Shown in pieces: positions 38,701 to 50,700 of a stretch of DNA of 64,000 bases (positions are counted from its first letter, which is position 1; every line of letters begins with the position of its first letter). Origin of the DNA: Antedon mediterranea (taxonomy: Eukaryota > Animalia > Echinodermata); the NCBI RefSeq assembly GCF_964355755.1, contig NC_092674.1:30690001-30754000 (forward strand), written 5' to 3'. The translations under genes and the position numbers were made by a program. The notes beneath the pieces are model-generated. The model worked only from the letters and a program-made list of their open reading frames with translations, did no database searches and was not told the DNA's origin.

Positions 38701-41700
38701 AAAAATCTTCAAAATTCTTTTTACTTGTATCAAAACTATAATATTCACCAAGTTGTTTAAATAATTTATGCATTTTTTCTGACATTATCTTGAGGGTATC
38801 ATGTTCACTCTTCGCTTTACCAAGAAATTCGTAATTTTCTGTTAAAGAATATAATGCTAAAATAGAAACAGTAAAATGCTGAAATAGAAACATTAAAATG
38901 CTAAAAGAGAAACAGTAAAATGCTAAAAGAGAAACAGTAAAATGCTAAAAGAGAAACAGTAAAATGCTAAAATAGAAACAGTAAAATGCTAAAATAGAAA
39001 CAGTAAAATGCTAAAAGAGAAACAGTAAAATGCTAAAATAGAAACAGTAAAATGCTAAAATAGAAACAGTAAAATGCTAAAAGAGAAACAGTAAAATGCT
39101 AAAAGAGAAACAGTAAAATGCTAAAAGAGAAACAGTAAAATGCTAAAAGAGAAACAGTAAAATGCTAAAAGAGAAACATTAAAATGCTAAAAGAGAAACA
39201 GTAAAATGCTAAAATAGAAACAGTAAAATGCTAAAATAGAAACAGTAAAATGCTAAAATAGAAACAGTAAAATGCTAAAAGAGAAACAGTAAAATGCTAA
39301 AAGAGAAACAGTAAAATGCTAAAAGAGAAACATAGTAATATCACCATATATCCAGCAGTCACAATCACCTAATCATATTGCTCTCACCACATGGAACACC
39401 ACTTTATTTTATGAAATGAAGTAATCAACTTTTTGATATCAAACCTATTATTTTGAAGTACTGTATGGTAGGGATACTCATCCAATACCAGGACGCTTTG
39501 GGCTGGCTTAATATGTCTGGTTGTAAGTACTGTATGGTAGGGATACTCATCCAATACCAGGTCCCTTTGGGCTGGCTTAATATGTCTGGTTTTTAAACAA
39601 ATCTGGTATTCCTATTGTGTTTTTAATGATTAATAAAAAAAATTGTTGGGACCCATTAGGAGATTTTTCTGTTGCCAGCTTCATAGTCTTACATACGATC
39701 ACTGTTCATATCATGACACATTGTAAGGTGTTTTCCAGAGTGATCGTACAGCCCCCATACAGATAGACTTCTTCATCAGTACTTTTTATAAATGGGTGGC
39801 TAGTTGAACAAAGAAATATAGTACCCAGTACCATTTTGATCTTACGATCACCCAGGAAAATACCTCATGACGTCATTTTAGCCTAAAGTGTAACACGAAT
39901 GTAACGTGAATGTCATTAAGGATATCGACATCACATCTTTAAACTTGTCAGTGCCTTCTTTAGGTGCCTTAAATGCTTTCAAATCCTTCTCAAGTTCCTT
40001 TATAGATTTTTCCATTGAATGTAGATTCTTTATCACATTATCTTCAGAAACTAAAAAATGAAAATACAATGGTTTAGCATCTTTAATGCATCCTTGTTTT
40101 TCCTCATTTCTCCTTTAAATTTTTGACAATTTCATTCCGACGCTTCCCCTACACCCAATTTCACTCCGACGCTTCCCCTACACCCAATTTCAGTATAGCT
40201 TCATTAGCAAACTAATCAATTTCAATTTGAAATTTGGTTTAACTGGAATTTTAGAAGGTCCAGACACATACCTCTGGCCGCCTTGTCCACTTGAGACAAC
40301 TCCTCTGCAAAGCCAGCCACGTCAGGATATTTGGCGCTGACTGCTTCAGCTAAGAAGTGCATCAACGTTTGTTTTGTATCGGCAGATTTTGTTTCTCTTA
40401 ACTTTGGAAATAAAAATAAATTCAATCTTAATTTCATCAAAGGATGTGTTCATCATTTGAATCATATGAGCGCTCATTGGCTAAACCCAGGGGCAGTGCC
40501 CAGAGGAAAAAACAGGCATTAAAAAAAAAAAAAGAGAAGAAAAGATTAGCGTTGGAGGGCTTAGGGTTCATAAACCAGGGGCCTCAGGCCTCTGCGTTAA
40601 GCCACTGACTTCCTTACTCTAGTTTCTTGGCCAGCAACACATTAATGCACAGATCTTTAGTTTTTTCAAGAAAGCTCCATAATGCATTGTTTTATTTGAA
40701 TAAGATTTTAATTGTTATATACCTTTGTTAAATAACTGAGGTCAAAGCCGACCGACTGGGCATTTCTTGACCCAGAGTTCATATAATTTCCCATCAACAA
40801 GATCAACTCCAGAAGTTTACCAAACTTTTTACTTTGAAGTAGTTCTTCACAAGCTTTTGTTCCAATCACAATGTCTGGTTTGATGTCACTAACTTGCTCG
40901 TCAAAATGCATCTTGAACATGACAGACTGTAGACGAGGCACGATGCGCTTGATGCTGCCAATCTACAAATGATTCAATTAAAGTTTAGTCTCTTTACAGA
41001 GAGATGCAAGAGCACCTGGATTGGCAGCACTGACATGACATGACCTTTAGTGGAAGAAGCATGTAGATGAATAGTGTAACATCTAAAGCTGTGTCTACAC
41101 TATCATACTTTATGTGACAAAAAAATGTAATGTGCCCATATATATGGACATGATGATGTCATATCACTACCATATGTGGGCATATCACTGCCATATTTGG
41201 GCACATTACACTTTTTTTGTCAAACTAGTTTGATTGTGTAGACAGAGCTTTAGTCCACAGTGCCATGAGCATGATCGTTGGAATGGCGCTATAGCATTTT
41301 TATCTTTTATTATAATAATTATTTAAGAGGCTAGAGCATAATAGTCTTACTGAGTTTAAAAACCATTTTGTCTCCTTACTCTACTTTCAATTTAAATGAT
41401 GTCGGTATAGAAACATTTATATAAACATAATTAGTTCCAGTTGACATGGAACTTAAATCACCCTCTCTTAGTTCATTGTTTACATTAGTTAGAATAAACA
41501 ACATTCTTCATGTTAGAATCATAATATAAACTCTTGAATAATTACCAGCTTGTGTGGTCATTGCGAAAGTTCATTCTATAAGCTAGATCATTATTGTTCA
41601 TATTAAACATTGTAGTCTTAAGCTCCTGTCTACACTATCAAACTAGTTTGAGAAAAAAAAGTGTGATATGCCTAAATATGGTAGTGGTATGCTTAAATAT

Positions 41701-44700
41701 AATAGTGATATGACATCATCATGTCCATATATGGGCACATCACATTATTTTGTCACATAAAGTTTGATAATGTAGACAGAGCTTTAATTCCTATACACAT
41801 TGGGATCATGTCAAAACTTCAGTTACTGCAGTATCAACATCTTGTTTACTCTTTAACCTGTTTATATGTAATAATTAGGTGATCACATTATTGCAGTGAC
41901 TGTCTCATAAACTTCTAAAACTAAACTAAAATCGTTATTGTACTAAAAAAGTTCTTGTATTTCAAAAAAGTTATGGAAGTAACTTCAATAGAATCATTTT
42001 AACCTAAATATAACATTTTATATGGGATTGATGTATGTTTTAATTAATCTTTTTTTATGAATTATAATTTTATCTATGCAATGATGTAATTGTGAATTGT
42101 TTTACCACATATTTCTGTCAAGGAAAACAATTTTTACATATGGAACAAATAAAGATTTGATTGATTGATAAATACCGTGACACAAAACTGTTCTGCATCC
42201 GTCATGTCCGCATACTGGTCTTTAATTTGATAGACAGCCGTTATCTGCTCAGGTTCTGGAAGATTCTTGATCAAAGATGAGATCATTTCTTCTGACAAAT
42301 CATCAACCTCTAAAATTCTACGTTTCATTTCAGCGTGTGGAATGCGTAGTGATCCAAGAAGAATGGCTAAAATAACAGATTATCTTATTAACATTATTAC
42401 AATGTTTAATAGAACAGTTTAGTTTAAGATATCATGCCTTGCCATCATTTTAAGTCTAAGCTGGGGACTTAAGTCTAAGATGGGGACTTAAGTCTATGAT
42501 GGGGACTTAAGTCTATGATGGGGACTTAAGTCTAAGCTGGGGACTTAAGTCTAAGATGGGGACTTAAGTCTAAGCTGGGGACTTAAGTCTAAGATGGAGA
42601 TTAAGTCTAAGCTGGGGACTTAAGTCTATGATGGGAACTTAAGTCTAAGCTGGGTACTTAAGTCTAAGATGGGGACATAAGTCTTGAATTGGGACTTGAG
42701 TCTAGGATGGGTACTTAAGTTTCTTTGTTCTTAAAGGAGAATGTTCTCCCACAAAACACAAATTTTTGCTAACATTCGGAATTAAGTTGAGCACTTACCA
42801 AGGTTTTGTGCAGATTTAGCATCCAGCACTTTCAATGCCTTGGCTTTCTTTGCAGGTTTCTTGTTGTTATCATCACTACCACCTCCAAGTTTTTTGGCTA
42901 AAAAACAAAGGCATTTGAATCGTTGATTAGTATTAATCAATTTATAAGTAAATGGTGGTTATATCAGGTTGGTTCCACTTGGCATGTTCCATTTATGTTT
43001 GGGGTTGAATTATCAGTGAAGGACAGGCCTATGTTGTTTTATCCAGGTAAACTAATTATATCATTTGTAGAAAACAAACCTGGTTTAGATGCAAACGCCG
43101 ATGACAATGTTTTGAAAAAATCTTCATCTTCTAACATATCTTCCTGCGCTTTCACCCAGAAGGAATTCTTCTTCAACTGTTTAGGGTTTACCTATGGGAA
43201 AAACAATTGTAACGTGATCAGTGCAAGTAATATGCTAGGCAATCTCATTCACACAGATTTCTTAATCTTCACCATTTATTAATTAATTAATTTACAGTAT
43301 ACCATTGGGTAGTTTTAAAAGCTTCTCTATGCCTGTAAATTAATTAATTTACAGTATACCATTGGGTAGTTTTAGAGCTTCTCTATGCCTGTAAATTAAT
43401 TAATTTACAGTATACCATTGGGTAGTTTTAGAGCTTCTCTATGCCTGTAAATTAATTAATTTACAGTATACCATTGGGTAGTTTTAGAGCTTCTCTATGC
43501 CTGTAAATTAATTAATTTACAGTATACCATTGGGTAGTTTTAGAGCTTCTCTATGCCTGTAAATTAATTAATTTACAGTATACCATTGGGTAGTTTTAGA
43601 GCTTCTCTATGCCTGTAAATTAATTAATTTACAGTATACCATTGGGTAGTTTTAGAACTTCTTTATGCCTGTAAATTAATTAATTTACAGTATACCATTG
43701 GGTAGTTTTTGCCTGTAAATTTATACAAACTTATAAAACAATAAGAACACTGTACCTTGTTCCAATTGGCTCGTTTCATTGGTGTTGCAGGGGTGTATTT
43801 CTTCTTGTCCTTCATCCCATGTGGTAGTCCCGGAGAGAAAATTGAAAAAGGGGAGAATCCTTTACCCCCTGGTGGCGGTGGTGGGGCTCCTGGCATTGGT
43901 GGAGGAGGGGGAGCTCCACCTCCAGGGAAGGGCGGTGGTGGTGGAGGTGCTCCTCCTCCTGGAAATGGCGGAGGAGGGGGTGGGGGTGGTCCACCACCAG
44001 GTCCTGGAGGTGGCGGGGGTGGTGGGGGAGGTCCTCCACCTGGTCCTGGCGGTGGCGGGGGTGGTGGGACTCCACCAGGGCCAGGATGTGGTGGAGCAGG
44101 TGGGGGTGCACCCCCTGGGTTGGCTATTACTACTGGTCCTGCAGCAATCTGAAAAATAATAAACATATCAATCAACAAAAAATACAAAGGAATTATTGTC
44201 AATGTTGGTGGTATATTACTGTGTCATCTTAGAGAAAAGCTAAGATAACTTAGTTCTTCCACCAATTGTTGATGTACAGTATTTTAATATTTTTCAGGCA
44301 AAATAAAAAATTTAAAAATCACAATTAAATTTAAAAGATATAAAAATTTTAAAAAATGTAATCAAATTCAATAATATACACTATAAATATATGACATAAC
44401 ATTTGTACCCAATTACTTATAGTATTGTATAAAGACACTTGGCTGTTATATTAGAAGTTAGTAATTAGTTTAGTATGTGTATTATTAGTATGCATTGGTT
44501 GTGTTACACAGAAACCTAATAATTATTTGAAACAAACATAGACTGTCTGAAGCAACACGATAAATAAACACATCAGCGACTCCAAACAAACTGGGAAACA
44601 GAAACAAAGAGTTTACTAATTATAAAATAAAACGGCTAGAATGTACTTTTGTACTGTTTCGTCTTCAATTACTAGACTTTAAAATGATAGCACAGAGGTG

Positions 44701-47700
44701 TTTTGAACCACATGGCTATTGGCAGTGGAACCTAGATGAAAGTCAATGACTAAAAAAAGTCCAGGACTAAAGTTTATGCATAGCCTTAGTCTTCATGGAG
44801 CTGGTTCAGTTTACACAATTGTCTTCTGTTGGCACTTTTAGGGGTTTAGTGAGTCTTAAGTACTGGTTTATACATTTCTTACCCACACCCTCATTCTTAG
44901 GAATGAAGAAGGTGATTACATAACACCTAGTTCACTACTGTACCTAGACAAGACAATCTGTAAGACGATATTTAAATACATTTATATTTAAATGTTTTGG
45001 ATATCAATTCTTTTTCTAGAACTACCTGAGCTTTAAGTTCCTCAATCTCGTTATCTTTCTCTTTCAATTTCTCATCTCTCGTTGTAGCTAATTTTTCCTC
45101 CATTTCATTTCTAAGTCGCCGTTCTTGCCGATACTGAGTTGTCAATAACAAATGTTTGTTAGTTGCTACACATTGAGCCTCATTGGTGGAGATGATATGC
45201 ATATTAATTGCTTTTTATACACATTGAGCATCATTGGTGGAGATGATATGCATATTAATTGCTTTTTATACACATTGAGCATCATTGGTGGAGATGATAT
45301 GCATATTAATTGCTTTTTATACACATTGAGCATCATTGGTGGAGATAATACGCATATCAATTGCTTTTTAAATGTGGTTTCGAATGACGCCTAATAAAGC
45401 TGAAATGCTATGCTTGAAAGTGAAATATTGACAATATTGGGATTCACTATGACAAAGGTTGTGACATCTACTATTGGGATTCACTATGACAAAGGTTGTG
45501 ACATCTACTATTGGGATTCACTATGAAAAAGGTTGTGACATCTACTATTGGGATTCACTATGACAAAGGTTGTGACATCTACTATTGGGATTCACTATGA
45601 CAAAGGTTGTGACATCTACTATTGGGATTCACTATGACAAAGGTTGTGACATCTACTATTGGGATTCACTATGACAAAGGTTGTGACATCTACTATTGGG
45701 ATTCACTATGACAAAGGTTGTGACATCTACTATTGGGATTCACTATGACAAAGGTTGTGACATCTACTATTGGGATTCACTATGACAAAGGTTGTGACAT
45801 CTACTATTGGGATTCACTATGACAAAGGTTGTGACATCTACTATTGGGATTCACTATGACAAAGGTTGTGACATCTACTATTGGGATTCACTATGACAAA
45901 GGTTGTGACATCTACTATTGGGATTCACTATGACAAAGGTTGTGACATCTACTATTGGGATTCACTATGACAAAGGTTGTGACATCTACTATTGGGATTC
46001 ACTATGACAAAGGTTGTGACATCTACTATTGGGATTCACTATGACAAAGGTTGTGACATCTACTATTGGGATTCACTATGACAAAGGTTGTGACATCTAC
46101 TATTGGGATTCACTATGACAAAGGTTGTGACATCTACTATTGGGATTCACTATGACAAAGGTTGTGACATCTACTATTGGGATTCACTATGACAAAGGTT
46201 GTGACATCTACTATTGGGATTCACTATGACAAAGGTTGTGACATCTACTATTGGGATTCACTATGACAAAGGTTGTGACATCTACTATTGGGATTCACTA
46301 TGACAAAGGTTGTGACATCTACTATTGGGATTCACTATGACAAAGGTTGTGACATCTACTATTGGGATTCACTATGACAAAGGTTGTGACATCTACTATT
46401 GGGATTCACTATGACAAAGGTTGTGACATCTACTATTGGGATTCACTATGACAAAGGTTGTGACATCTACTATTGGGATTCACTATGACAAAGGTTGTGA
46501 CATCTACTATTTGAATGAATAGGACAATGACTTTCTACTTCTTTCTGTGATAAATTTGTGATATATTACAAAAAATTTATAATAATGGCAAAATATGTGG
46601 GTTAATGACCTATATGTGGGTCAATGATTTATACTGTATGTGGGTTTGTCAATGATTTGGTGATGACATTCCATTTTTCTGTCAAAATCTTTCTAAATGT
46701 GGTAGTATACCAAGTGAAAATGTAAATGGTCAACAAAACTCTTACAATGACTAGAAGCTGAATGATCACAACAGATGCTAGGAGGTTACCCAGTCTACTA
46801 GTACACACAGCCATTGTCGTGGACAGACAAGAAAGTGCTAGAATTGGAAGCACTGAGATGACGTGAGGGGAGAAGCATGTAGTTAAAACAGCGCCATGAA
46901 CAATGAACGTTAGAATGGTGTTAAACAAATGGATATGTCATTACCTACAATGGAAATAAACTGAATATGCTTGTACTGTACATGTTGAATATCTTAGGTT
47001 TACGAAGCAGACAATTAAATGAAGAGGGATGGATGGAAAATGAGTAGGGATAGACTGAAAATTGAACGGAAACACTACGGACAAATGTATGGATGACTGG
47101 TTGTGAATGGATGAGATGAACGTAGACATCAGATCCTGTTCATGGTAGAACACTGTACTACTATATACAACAGATGGAGGAATATTCTTGTAGGATGCAG
47201 ACAGAAATGATTAAAATATATTAATGTTACACTATTTCTTAATACACAATTACCATGGAGCATCAATTAGACTGTAGCGACAGACGGAGTCAGAATCTTC
47301 CTTTAGACACGTACATTACTTACTGAACAAGGTGGTCATAGGAACCATACACATGACTTAACATGTATACTTACTGAACAAGATGGTCATAGGAACCATT
47401 TTACATCAACTTTTTAATTTTTACACTAAACAGAGCATGTAGATAATATTTGTATTTTGCGCTATATAAATTTAAAACCATTAAACAATCTCTCCCAATC
47501 TTTACTAACACTCTTCCTTTTAGATACAGTATACTTACGAAATAAGATGACTATAGGATGAACCCAGGCATGGTTCACACCAGAGTATAGTAACATGAAT
47601 GTAACAGTGCAGGATGTTGTGAAATATAAAATAGTAAAGAAATACAAATCTTATTTACCTTGGCTTTGAGTTCTTCAATTTCTTTATCCTTATCTTCTAA

Positions 47701-50700
47701 TTTTTTTTCAGTAGTCGTTAACTTTGCTTCCGATTCTTGTCGCAGCGTACATTCTTTCTGAAACTGTGTTTAGTAATAGATGTATTTATATATATTATTT
47801 TGTATAAATAGAATGAATAAGGATAATAGATGGAAGAAGCTTTACGGGTTAGAGTCTTTTCGATAGCTGGATTTGCGACAACGTACCCTAGCAGTAGTAG
47901 TAATTTGCAGACAATTATACTTACGTCTTTGTCAAGTTTGTCTATCTTCCCGTGAAGTTCATCATATTTAGCCTTCTCCGTAAGGTTTGCTAAAAATAAA
48001 ATAATCAATATTATCAATTCAAAGGCAAATTAAAAAATGCTGGATCTCAATGGAGAAATAAGCAAAACAAAAATTAAAACAAGCAATTAATAATATCAAT
48101 TCGTTTTATACAATATATTTGTTTGTTATATATTGGTCCATTTGATATAAATGAATGAATTTCTGCAAATCTTCAAAAATGTTTTTGTCTGGTTTTTATA
48201 TTAACTATTCGTGAATGATTGGTAAAAAAAAACTTAACATAGAATTAAACCTGATCATTAAGGACCCTCAGAGGTTTACAAGACCAACATATACACAAGA
48301 TGCTCAAGATAATTATTACAAGTCTTTGGGAGTGGAGTTGTAATTTTGTCCTTAGAAAAAATCCTGACATGTGATGGGACTTGAACCCAGGACCCTTGGA
48401 GTGGTAGCCAAGCATCATAAACACCAAGTCACTCCACTCCATTTGAATCAAAGCAAACCAACCCAGGACCCTTGGAGTGATAGCCAAGCATCATAAACAC
48501 CAAGTCACTCCACTCCATTTGAATCAAAGCAAACCAACCCAGGCAGCTTGGAGTGGTAGCCAAGCATCATAAACACCAAGTCACTCCACTCCATTTGAAT
48601 CATTTCAAACCAACCCAGGACCCTTGGAGTGATAGCCAAGCATCATAAACACCAAGTCACTCCACTCCATTTGAATCAAAGCAAACCAACCCAGGACCCT
48701 TGGAGTGATAGCCAAGCATCATAAACACCAAGTCACTCCACTCCATTTTAATCAAAGCAAACCAACCCAGGACCCTTGGAGTGGTAGCCAAGCATCATAA
48801 ACACCAAGTCACTCCACTCCATTTGAATCAAAGCAAACCAACCCAGGACCCTTGGAGTGATAGCCAAGCATCATAAACACCAAGTCACTCCACTCCATTT
48901 GAATCAAAGCAAACCAACTTACTTATCATGTGCTCTATCTCAAAATCAACTTTCTTAGCCACAAAGTCTGGGTCAAGTCCACTCCGCTGTAGAACAATCT
49001 GACTTACTGTTTCTTCTACTAACTTATAATATTGAGGTCTAAAATAAACAAACAACAAATCATAAATTTAAGAATAACACAGCAACTGTGTCGTGGACAG
49101 ATGAGAGAGCACATTTTAGTGGCTGACTGTGTCGTGGACAGATGAGAGAGCACATTTAAGTGGCTGACTGTGTCGTGGACAGATGAGAGAGCACATTTAA
49201 GTGGCTGACTGTGTCGTGGACAGATGAGAGAGCACATTTAAGTGGCTGAGCTGACGTGACGAGACCCTTAGGACAGAAGCATGTAGTTGAAAAGTGTAAC
49301 ATCCAAGTACACAGCGCCATGAGCAATGAAAGATTAGAATTCTTGCTATACAAGAACTTGTATATTATTATTATTATTATTAAAACCTACACTGACAAAC
49401 CCCATGGTAGTTTAGTTTTGTCTAGCATGAGGTAAGGCCCAATGTATACTGCTGGCTCATATAAATACAGTGAATCTTTCAGAAATAGAAGGTTACACCA
49501 GAAAGTGAGACCAAATCACTTTCCACCTCTAATCGTAAATCAAAAGAGCAATAACTTACCTAGCATAGGAATCCTCCCGTATCAGTAATAGATGTTGTAA
49601 TATAGACAATAGATCTCCTTCCATAGGAGATCCTATTGTAACATTTTTAAGAAGCTTAAACACATCTTCAATATCAGTAAACAAAACAATTAAGGATAAA
49701 AAACACAAGAACAGATCCCAACCTCTAAATCTCTGCCGAGAGTGTAGTCAGAGCTTATTAGGCATTTATCAATAAGTCAAAATTTGTATAAAGTTTAGAT
49801 AGATTGAAATAATAGATTATACAGTATTTCATATAATTGGTTAAAAATACAAGAAAAATTGAAAGTTTGAAGGATATTAAAAGTCTAATTTGATGTTATT
49901 AAATCGTTGCATGAACTCCTCAGCGTCCTCTTCCTCGTGATCATCAAACACGTTCATCTGAAGCTGCAGGTCTTCATTTTCAGTTTCTCTTAAATCCTGA
50001 AAGTAAAAATAAACAGAAGATGGGGTCATGGGTATAAATAGGGCAACAGGACACTGAACTTGCCTTAAACAGTACTGCACTATGTACATATATTCTCCGC
50101 AGTGTCTGTTAAGGGGGAGTGGAACTGATCATGTCGCACCCCTGGTTAGATGAAGACACAACTTTGCGCTGATTACTAGCTGCATTTGGGAGCATGTTTC
50201 CATACGTGTTTGATCCAAATAATGACCGGGGTAATAATGTGCACGCATTGAGAACTTGCTTATAATGTGCTATATAAGAAGGAACTATTATTATTATATA
50301 AATGTGATGAGTGATATTTTTTATTGTGTTACCTGTATAATCTCCTTAAGACCGGTCCTCATAAACTCATTCCTTAGGTGTAAACGGAAGTCCAACTCCT
50401 CAGGAGTACTAATTATAGCGTTCATTAGCTGCATGCTGTACGTCTAGAAACAAACAAAACTTATTACAACAAATCTAATTTTTTAAGAAGCTGTTCATTC
50501 AAGAAGTGTGCCACTGTTTCAAAAGTGTAGCTTCCAAATAAATTATTATTGTTATTCTTTAATTTAAAAAAAAAATGTAATACCATCTTTAATGAGGGGG
50601 CTATTCAGTTCATCTTTAATGAGGGTGGCCTATTCAGTTCCAGTGAAGAAACTGATCATTAAGGGTCCTTGGTATTACATACAAATCATTTTTCGAATTT

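Noticed and set aside
43757-44159. Gly-rich and His-rich ORFs
   Set aside because: Antisense or alternate frames of the polyproline FH1 exon.
44883-44943. Additional formin exon ending at a GTAAG donor
   Set aside because: Both nearby acceptors give in-frame stops in phase 0.
45435-46511. 37-bp repeat of CRISPR-like length
   Set aside because: Units are head to tail with no unique spacers, there are no cas genes, and it lies in a eukaryotic intron.
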